64,000 bases of DNA, from assembly GCA_965223335.1 (NCBI GenBank), contig OZ244991.1:1-64000 (forward strand), in the 5' to 3' direction. The stretch's first letter is position 1. Each line of letters begins with the position of its first letter. The DNA is from Thermodesulfobacteriota bacterium (GTDB lineage: Bacteria; Desulfobacterota_D; UBA1144; Nemesobacterales; UBA2774). The notes below the pieces were generated by a model. That model did not search any database, was not told the DNA's origin, and saw nothing but the letters and a program-made list of their open reading frames with translations. Shown here one piece after another: positions 57,356 through 64,000 of the stretch. The position numbers were made by a program, and so were the translations under genes.

Positions 57356-58042
57356 TCATTCAGAAAACAAAGCCTCGATCCGGGCAAGTCCCAACCCCTC
57401 AAGTGTATCTACAACCAAATCAGCCTCACCCAACAACTCGGCACCGTGCGAATTTGTAATGGCAAGGCATTTCATCCCGGCAGATTTAGCGGCTTTAATC
57501 CCAGACACCGTGTCCTCAATTACTACACAGTCCCCCGATTCTATCCGTTTCTCATCGCGGAGCCTCGAATTTATTTCAGAAAGCACTTTCAAATAGACCT
57601 CCGGGTCGGGCTTACAAACCTCCACATCATCAGCCGCAACTATCAACTCCACATAATCTATCAAACTGCTTTTCCTCAAAATATGCTCTATCTCAGATCT
57701 ATACGCCCCAGACCCGATCGCCAGAGTGTATCTATTAAAGCACTCTTCCATAAGTGTCTTTACCCCCGGCAGTATTGAGAACTCATCATCCACATACGAG
57801 TTGTAGAGTAACGATTTCTTAGATATCAGATCCCCGATATACCGTTTCGTAAATTCTATGCCCCGGTCTCTTAAAATGGTCTCGAAAAATGTAGGGTCAT
57901 CAAACGCTACGTATCTCTCATAATACTCTCCATCGTTAAGTTCCACCCCCAATTGAACGAGTGTTTCCTTAAAGGATTTCAGGTGAATAGGCTCGGTGTC
58001 GGCAATTACACCGTCAAAATCAAAGATAATCACTCTTAACAC
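57356..58042 (-). CDS. HAD-family phosphatase (beta-PGM/CbbY-like)
   Basis: 'FDFDGVIADTE', 'KPDPEVY', 'VIEDT.SG..AA..AGM'. Confidence 0.9.
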   Translation of the reverse strand: MLRVIIFDFDGVIADTEPIHLKSFKETLVQLGVELNDGEYYERYVAFDDPTFFETILRDRGIEFTKRYIGDLISKKSLLYNSYVDDEFSILPGVKTLMEECFNRYTLAIGSGAYRSEIEHILRKSSLIDYVELIVAADDVEVCKPDPEVYLKVLSEINSRLRDEKRIESGDCVVIEDTVSGIKAAKSAGMKCLAITNSHGAELLGEADLVVDTLEGLGLARIEALFSE

Positions 58043-58360
58043 TTTATATTAGCCCCCGGGACACAGACTTAAAGTAAACGACAGATAGTTAATGTACTTC
58101 ATGAAGACTACCTGAGAAAAATAAATTGGTCACGAAACCGGCATGTTACGTGGTTATTTTGTTACGAAACGGCAAAATACTTAAAGTGGTTTCTAGTACA
58201 ATTCAACTAACCCCTTCTAGTTAATAAAGTTTTCCCTAGACTTCACTTTAACCTAATTTTCATCGAATATTTAGCTCGTTTTAATAAAGCAGGCTTTATA
58301 AAATACTCTCTTTAGAAAAAATACTGAAACTTTTCATCGCTTGCTACATCTAAATTGAAA

Positions 58361-58726
58361 ATGAATTTACCTAGTACCTACGTTGATTGTTCAAAACAAT
58401 TAAAAGCAATCGCAGACACAACTAGGTTAAACATATTAAACTGCCTATTTGAGGGCGAGTTCACTGTGACTGAGATTGCGGATTCAATCGATATTGATTA
58501 TTCACAGGTATCTCACCACTTGGGTGTTCTTAGAAACGCTGGGCTCATTGTTGATAAAAAAGATGGCAAAAACGTTATATATAAGATCCATCCCAGCTAT
58601 CTGAAACGTAATATAAAGAAAAACAGCAACGTGATTGATCTCGACTGCTGTTCCATAGAGTTTAATATGACTAGTAACGGACTCAAGATTAGCAACAATA
58701 AGGAAGTGGGTGGCCCACAGTTTTAA
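58361..58726 (+). CDS. arsR: ArsR/SmtB-family transcriptional repressor
   Basis: 'LKAIADTTRLNIL', 'VSHHLGVLRNAGLI...KDGK.V.Y'; C-terminal CC pair. Confidence 0.88.
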   Translation: MNLPSTYVDCSKQLKAIADTTRLNILNCLFEGEFTVTEIADSIDIDYSQVSHHLGVLRNAGLIVDKKDGKNVIYKIHPSYLKRNIKKNSNVIDLDCCSIEFNMTSNGLKISNNKEVGGPQF

Positions 58727-58728
58727 TC

Positions 58729-58754
58729 GACATTCATATGTTCTTATGAATGTC
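58729..58754. promoter_or_regulatory. perfect inverted repeat, candidate ArsR operator upstream of arsM
   Basis: GACATTCATA-tgttct-TATGAATGTC. Confidence 0.65.
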
Positions 58755-58808
58755 CTAACGATTGTAACAACAAGAGTACAACAAATTTAATATGCAAGGA
58801 GACCCCGT

Positions 58809-59777
58809 ATGAAGTTAGGTGATAACCAAAGAGACGTTGTGAAGGATTTCTACGGACAAGCCGCCCAAAAACCCAATGACAACCTGTGTTGTCCCGAAGC
58901 CTACTCCCCCGAAGATACAAGCCATATACCGGATGAGGTTATAGCAAGATTCTACGGATGCGGCAGCCCCATTGCCACAGCCGAGCTCGGGCCCGGCGAA
59001 AAGGTTTTGGACCTAGGCTCGGGTGCGGGTATTGATTGCTTTATCGCAGCCAAAAAAGTAGGCCCGGAGGGTAAAGTAATCGGGGTCGACATGACCGATG
59101 AGATGCTCCAGGTTGCAAACATGAGCAAAGAGGCGGTTACAAATAACCTCGGCTACAGTGTGGTTGAGTTTCGAAAAGGCTTTCTCGAAGAGATACCCGT
59201 AGACGACAGATCGATTGACCTAGTAACATCCAATTGTGTCATCAATCTTTCTCCCGATAAGCGCAGAGTATTTAAAGAGATCTCTAGGGTACTTAAAGAT
59301 AACGGCAGGCTTGTGGTCTCGGATATAGTATCCGACAGAGAAATCCCCGAGAGTATAAAAGCAAACGAACAGCTTTTGGGTGAATGTATCGCAGGGGCCC
59401 TGACCGAAAACGATTTTATTGCGTGTATGGAACAAACCGGTTTTTACGGCATTGAAATACTAAAAAAAACCGACTGGAAAACAATTGAGGGCACCACCTT
59501 CTCCTCGGTCACAGTAAGGGGCTATAAATTTGAAAAGAGCCAGGGGTGCATTTACCAGGGACATAAAGCCATCTATACAGGCCCTTATAAGGTGGCTATA
59601 GACGACGAGGGACATGTATTTACCCGGAACCAGCCCGTGGAAGTTTGCACCGACACGGCAGCTAAACTCTCCGGTCCCCCATACAGCCAAAATTTCCGTA
59701 TACTAACTCCCGATAACCTAAACGGGACTGAGAGCTGTTGCTCGCCACCGACCAATGGAGCCAACGGTTGTTGTTAA
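58809..59777 (+). CDS. arsM: arsenite S-adenosylmethionine methyltransferase (ArsM-like)
   Basis: 'LCC', 'YGCGSP', SAM motif '[10 protein letters not shown]', 'SNCVINL', 'GECIAGAL'. Confidence 0.85.
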   Translation: MKLGDNQRDVVKDFYGQAAQKPNDNLCCPEAYSPEDTSHIPDEVIARFYGCGSPIATAELGPGEKVLDLGSGAGIDCFIAAKKVGPEGKVIGVDMTDEMLQVANMSKEAVTNNLGYSVVEFRKGFLEEIPVDDRSIDLVTSNCVINLSPDKRRVFKEISRVLKDNGRLVVSDIVSDREIPESIKANEQLLGECIAGALTENDFIACMEQTGFYGIEILKKTDWKTIEGTTFSSVTVRGYKFEKSQGCIYQGHKAIYTGPYKVAIDDEGHVFTRNQPVEVCTDTAAKLSGPPYSQNFRILTPDNLNGTESCCSPPTNGANGCC

Positions 59778-59805
59778 CCCGTATATATACACTAGGAGGA
59801 GAGAT

Positions 59806-60141
59806 ATGGAGTACTATAACCCAAAAGACCTAAAACGATTTGCCGAGGTAGGCAAGTTCAGCGAGGAGCTCATGAAAAAGTTCTTCGATTATTACAATGC
59901 GGCAACTAACCAAGACGGGGCGCTCTCGAAGCGCGAAAAATCCCTAATAGCCCTCGCAGTGGCTCATACCAAACAGTGCCCCTACTGCATCGACGCCTAC
60001 ACCACCCAGTGCCTCGAGTCGGGCGCAGACCCCGAGCAGATGACCGAAGCGGTACACGTTGCAGCCTCGATGGATGCCGGTATAACACTGATCCATGCGA
60101 TCCAGATGCATAACAATTTAGAGAAACAGGGAGCACTATAA
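59806..60141 (+). CDS. AhpD/CMD-like peroxidase-related protein of arsenosugar clusters
   Basis: AGGAGG SD; 'YY.P.DL..F', 'LSKREKSLIALAVAH..QCPYCIDAY'. Confidence 0.85.
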   Translation: MEYYNPKDLKRFAEVGKFSEELMKKFFDYYNAATNQDGALSKREKSLIALAVAHTKQCPYCIDAYTTQCLESGADPEQMTEAVHVAASMDAGITLIHAIQMHNNLEKQGAL

Positions 60142-60175
60142 CTAACAGCAGAGCACGAAAGAAAAGGGATTATTC

Positions 60176-61213
60176 ATGAGAGATAACGTCGTCCTAAAAA
60201 CTAAACCCACCCGGGATGAAACTCACAGCATCAATGATTACGATTTTAATCGTCTTATCAAGTCAAAGGGCCTATCCCTACACCCCACTTCCATAGAAAC
60301 CCTCCAAGTAAACGTCACAAAACTATGCAACCAAACCTGTCTCCACTGTCATGTAGACGCCTCACCTAAACGAAAAGAGCAGATTGACCTAAAGAGTGTA
60401 GACCGCTGCCTTGAGATTCTCGCCGATCACGATTCTATTAAAAATCTAGACCTCACGGGCGGTGCACCCGAGCTTAACCCTCACTTCGATTATTTTGTCG
60501 TCGAGGCCAAAAAGTTAGGCAAGCACGTGATGGTCCGTCACAACCTCACCGTCACCATAGACGGCAACCCACTTAGCGGCGAGAGCAAGAGGTACCTGCC
60601 CGAGTTCTATGCTCTCCACAGTGTCGAGGTCATCTCATCGCTGCCCTACTACCAAGAATACTTCACAGACAAACAAAGGGGCCAAGGTGTTTTCGAAAAG
60701 AGCATTAAATCAATAAAGCTCCTAAACCGTGTCGGCTATGGCAATGAGGGGTCGGGTCTCACGCTTAATTTTGTGTACAACCCCGTCGGTGCGTTCCTTC
60801 CCGCACCACAATCCGATCTGGAATCGGATTTCAAAAGAGAACTCAATGCAAAATACGGGATTTCGTTTAATAACCTCTACACCATCACCAATATGCCCAT
60901 CAATAGGTTTAAGCAGCAGCTAGAGCGCCTAGGTGCTTATGACGAATACATGACTAAGTTAGTAAATGCATTTAATCCGCAAGCTGCCCAGGGTGTTATG
61001 TGCCGCTCGCTCATAAGTGTGAGCCACGACGGCAACATATACGACTGTGATTTTAATCAGATGCTTGAGATGCAAGTCCATACCCAGCGCGAACCTATGA
61101 CAATATTCAATTTTGATATACAGCGCCTAATGGGGCGCCAGATAGCATTTGATTCCCACTGCCTGGGCTGTACTGCAGGGGCCGGCAGCAGCTGCGGCGG
61201 GAATACTGCATAA
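60176..61213 (+). CDS. arsS: arsenosugar biosynthesis radical SAM protein ArsS
   Basis: 'CNQTCLHCHV', 'DLTGGAPE', 'NMPINRF', 'YDCDFNQ', C-terminal 'HCLGCTAGAGSSCGG'. Confidence 0.9.
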   Translation: MRDNVVLKTKPTRDETHSINDYDFNRLIKSKGLSLHPTSIETLQVNVTKLCNQTCLHCHVDASPKRKEQIDLKSVDRCLEILADHDSIKNLDLTGGAPELNPHFDYFVVEAKKLGKHVMVRHNLTVTIDGNPLSGESKRYLPEFYALHSVEVISSLPYYQEYFTDKQRGQGVFEKSIKSIKLLNRVGYGNEGSGLTLNFVYNPVGAFLPAPQSDLESDFKRELNAKYGISFNNLYTITNMPINRFKQQLERLGAYDEYMTKLVNAFNPQAAQGVMCRSLISVSHDGNIYDCDFNQMLEMQVHTQREPMTIFNFDIQRLMGRQIAFDSHCLGCTAGAGSSCGGNTA

Positions 61214-61234
61214 AACTATCGGCCCACATACGAC

Positions 61235-61861
61235 ATGCCATTAAATAAGAACGAAAACAGACTGATAGTGTTCGTTAAATACCCTACCCCGGGACAAGTG
61301 AAAACCAGGCTCGCACACGATATTGGCACAGTAAACGCGGCAGCCATCTACTCCGATATGGCGACTAAGCTTGTGGACGACCTCTCTCGGTCACAGGCAT
61401 ACGAGTTAAAGATATACTTCGATCCTCCCCACAAGATAGACCAATGCAGCACATGGCTCGGAGTTGCCCCACCCATCCTTTACCCCCAACAGGGTTCTTC
61501 ACTGGGCGAGCGGATCTCGAACGCTTTTAATAATGAGTTTTCAAGCAGGGCAAGCAAAGTTGTAATTATAGGTACGGATTGCATTGATGTAACTGAAAGT
61601 ATAATCATCGATGCTCTAAACATACTGGACAGTAATCAGGTAGTAATAGGCCCCGCTCATGACGGCGGGTATTACCTCTTGGGTCTCGACCGCTATTTGC
61701 CCCGGTTATTCGATGATATCGATTGGAGTACAGAAAGCGTGCTCGAGCAAACACTCACAAAAGTAAAGACACTCGGGCTAACACACAAAATGCTTCCAGC
61801 CCTAAACGATATAGATACAGTTGATGATTTAAGCCCCGAGACAATAGCTAAGCTCGGGTAA
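61235..61861 (+). CDS. DUF2064/TIGR04282-type transferase associated with arsenosugar clusters
   Basis: 'FVKYP.PG.VKTRLA', 'Q.G..LGER', 'IGTDC', 'GPA.DGGYYLLG', 'IDWST', 'DIDT.DD'. Confidence 0.87.
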   Translation: MPLNKNENRLIVFVKYPTPGQVKTRLAHDIGTVNAAAIYSDMATKLVDDLSRSQAYELKIYFDPPHKIDQCSTWLGVAPPILYPQQGSSLGERISNAFNNEFSSRASKVVIIGTDCIDVTESIIIDALNILDSNQVVIGPAHDGGYYLLGLDRYLPRLFDDIDWSTESVLEQTLTKVKTLGLTHKMLPALNDIDTVDDLSPETIAKLG

Positions 61862-61884
61862 AAAAAGAGAGCTGCTTAGATACC

Positions 61885-62721
61885 ATGAGAGAAATATTAA
61901 TTGCGACAATTATATTGAGTGCACTTGTTGTTGGCTGCGACAGAACCCCGCACGAGGCGGGGGCTTCAAACACAACAAACCAAAAAATCATTATCACCGG
62001 CTCAAGCACGTTAGCACCCATGGTCCTGGAAATTGCAAAGCAGTTTGAACTCGAGCACCCGGGAGTAAGAGTAGACGTTCAATCCGGGGGCTCATCGAGG
62101 GGTATCCTCGATACCAGGGACGGCACAGCAGACATAGGAATGGTATCAAGAGCATTAAGGCCGGGGGAAAATGGGCTTAACAACTACACGATAGCACGCG
62201 ACGGTGTGAGCATCATACTCCACAGCCAAAACCCCGTCACACAACTGAGTTCCGACCAAATCATAGATATATATAAGGGAGACCTTGAAAACTGGAATGA
62301 GCTCGGGGGGCGGGATGAAAAAATTATTGTGGTCAACAAGGCTGCGGGCCGGGCAACGTTAGACGTATTTTTAGACTATTTTGATTTGAGTTCCTCAGAT
62401 ATTAGACCCCATATAATAATTGGCGATAACGAGCAGGGTATTAAAACCATAGCTAGCACAAATCAATCCATAGGCTATGTGTCTATAGGTACGGCTGAGT
62501 ACAGCATAAAAAGAGGTAACGACATAAAGCTACTCCCAATCAACAATATCTCTGCCAACCTGACTAATGTGGCTAATGGAACCTATCCCCTTGCCCGCCC
62601 GTTACTTCTCGTTACAAAGAACGAGCCTGTGGGCACAGTAAAAAAGTTTATAGAGTTTGCCAGGTCCGAGAAAGTTCACCGCATTATTAAGGAGCAGTAC
62701 TTTGCCCCGGTCCACCATTGA
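61885..62721 (+). CDS. pstS: PstS-like oxyanion ABC transporter substrate-binding lipoprotein
   Basis: Lipobox VVG|C; 'ITGSST', 'GGSSRG', 'DIGMVSR', 'IGYVS', 'YPLARPL'. Confidence 0.85.
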   Translation: MREILIATIILSALVVGCDRTPHEAGASNTTNQKIIITGSSTLAPMVLEIAKQFELEHPGVRVDVQSGGSSRGILDTRDGTADIGMVSRALRPGENGLNNYTIARDGVSIILHSQNPVTQLSSDQIIDIYKGDLENWNELGGRDEKIIVVNKAAGRATLDVFLDYFDLSSSDIRPHIIIGDNEQGIKTIASTNQSIGYVSIGTAEYSIKRGNDIKLLPINNISANLTNVANGTYPLARPLLLVTKNEPVGTVKKFIEFARSEKVHRIIKEQYFAPVHH

Positions 62722-63565
62722 CACTGTATTTAGAGCCGTACTCAAGACTTCTTCAATACTGACAGCACTCGTACTTGTGCTGATTGTTTTTTTTCTTATA
62801 CGCGAGTCCTACCCCGCACTCCGCGATATCGGTATTGCAAGCTTTCTGACCGACCCCTCTTGGCACCCCACAGAAAACTCTTTCAGGATCACACCCATAG
62901 TGGTCGGGTCTCTTCTAGTAATGCTCGGGAGCGTTTTAGTAGCTACCCCTGTAGGGATTTTGTCAGCAGTCTTCAGCAATTACTACGCACCCAGGTATAT
63001 AAAGACCATATACAAACGGTTGATTGAGCTATTAGCCGGCATACCTTCTGTTGTCTTCGGATTTTGGGGTCTTGTGGAATTAGTCCCGCTCATCGGCCAC
63101 ATCTCTCCCCCGGGTCAAAGCCTGCTTGCCGGGATCTGCATACTCTCTCTTATGATACTCCCCACCATCGCACTAACTACTCAGGTAAGTCTGGCAGGTG
63201 TACCTGCACAGTTCACACAGGGTGCTTACGCGCTCGGTTTCACAAAACTAAGCACCATTCGACGTATTATCATTCCGCAAGCCGCCAAGGGTATTACTAC
63301 TGGAGTTATATTGGGTGTGGGCAGGGCAATAGGGGAAACCATGGCTGTGCTAATGGTATGCGGCAACATTCCCGAGATACCAACTAGTATTTTTGCCCCC
63401 ATAAGAACCCTCACAGCTAACATTGCTCTAGAAATATCTTACGCAAGCGGCGAGCACAGATCGGCACTGTTCGTAAGCGGCCTCGTGCTGGCATTGCTAA
63501 TAATAGTACTCATAGCAATTACTCAGCTAACAAATAAAAATGCTGAAGAGTCTTATAGGAACTGA
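62702..63565 (+). CDS. pstC: PstC-like ABC permease
   Basis: 'ELLAGIPSVVFGFWG', 'RAIGETMAV'; TTG start at 62702 with AAGGAG SD. Confidence 0.88.
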   Translation: MPRSTIDTVFRAVLKTSSILTALVLVLIVFFLIRESYPALRDIGIASFLTDPSWHPTENSFRITPIVVGSLLVMLGSVLVATPVGILSAVFSNYYAPRYIKTIYKRLIELLAGIPSVVFGFWGLVELVPLIGHISPPGQSLLAGICILSLMILPTIALTTQVSLAGVPAQFTQGAYALGFTKLSTIRRIIIPQAAKGITTGVILGVGRAIGETMAVLMVCGNIPEIPTSIFAPIRTLTANIALEISYASGEHRSALFVSGLVLALLIIVLIAITQLTNKNAEESYRN

Positions 63566-63569
63566 GTTT

Positions 63570-64000
63570 ATGAATCCCGAGAGCTCAACACACAAGCAGA
63601 GCAAAGTGGCCGACATAGTATCCAAAATAGTTCTATGGTCCGTGGCCGCAGCTGTGAGCGTTGTATTTGTGTGGATCCTCTACACAATTTTCATAAACGG
63701 ATACAGCCAGCTTTCGTGGGATTTTTTAACCTCCCCGCCCTTGGATGCGGGCAGACAGGGCGGCATAAGCTCTATACTTATTTCGACTCTGCTAATTCTT
63801 TCAATCGCTATGTTTGCTTCAATCCCGCTTGGGCTCGGCACTGCTGTGTACCTGGCCGAGTTTACAAGCCCCGATAGCAGTGTTGGCAAACTCGTCCGAC
63901 GCTCTCTAGACACCCTAGCCGGGATACCGTCTATAGTGTTTGGGCTTTTTGGCTATGCATTTTTCTCAAAGCTGCTTGGGTTCGGTTTTTCGATCCTCTC
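63570..64000 (+). CDS. pstA: PstA-like ABC permease (partial, runs off window)
   Basis: Translated by hand: MNPESSTHKQ...SWDFLTSPPLDAGRQGGI...PLGLGTAVYLAEF...LDTLAGIPSIVFGLFG; alternative ATG at 63540. Confidence 0.85.
   Translation, partial: MNPESSTHKQSKVADIVSKIVLWSVAAAVSVVFVWILYTIFINGYSQLSWDFLTSPPLDAGRQGGISSILISTLLILSIAMFASIPLGLGTAVYLAEFTSPDSSVGKLVRRSLDTLAGIPSIVFGLFGYAFFSKLLGFGFSIL

Noticed and set aside
61160..61213. Possible selenocysteine in the ArsS C-terminal GSSxGG motif
   Set aside because: The codon is TGC (Cys) and the frame ends at TAA; no in-frame TGA.

Overview
Bacterial chromosome segment from a diderm organism with a deltaproteobacteria-like gene order; a Dadabacteria/Desulfobacterota-type lineage is my low-confidence guess. 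It has three parts. (1) 1-12.8 kb: an accessory, compositionally mixed region off the 3' end of tRNA-Asn. It holds a lipoprotein, an OprB-like porin, a second outer-membrane barrel, a long AsmA protein, a very AT-rich three-gene cassette (GNAT + TGT/DpdA-like barrel + membrane protein) and divergent oxyR-katG with a clear OxyR box. (2) 13-58 kb: compact housekeeping core: rpoH, alaS, rlmN, prsW, purL/purF, valS, rpoBC, rplKAJL, nusG, secE, tRNA-Trp, rpmG, tuf, tRNA Thr-Tyr-Gly-Thr, fabZ, skp, bamA, lolD/lolCE, lysS, pyrRBC, lepB, rel, gmk, manC. It shows apparent local losses (lpxD/lpxA, rpoZ, r-protein and pyr leaders). (3) 58.3-64 kb: an ArsR-associated arsenosugar-type operon (arsM, AhpD-like, arsS, transferase) that runs into a PstSCA-like importer whose binding protein has a remodelled anion site. 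Best candidates for undescribed systems are the GNAT/TGT-like/membrane cassette and the arsenic uptake-plus-biosynthesis operon. All family calls come from motif recognition by eye; no searches were run.
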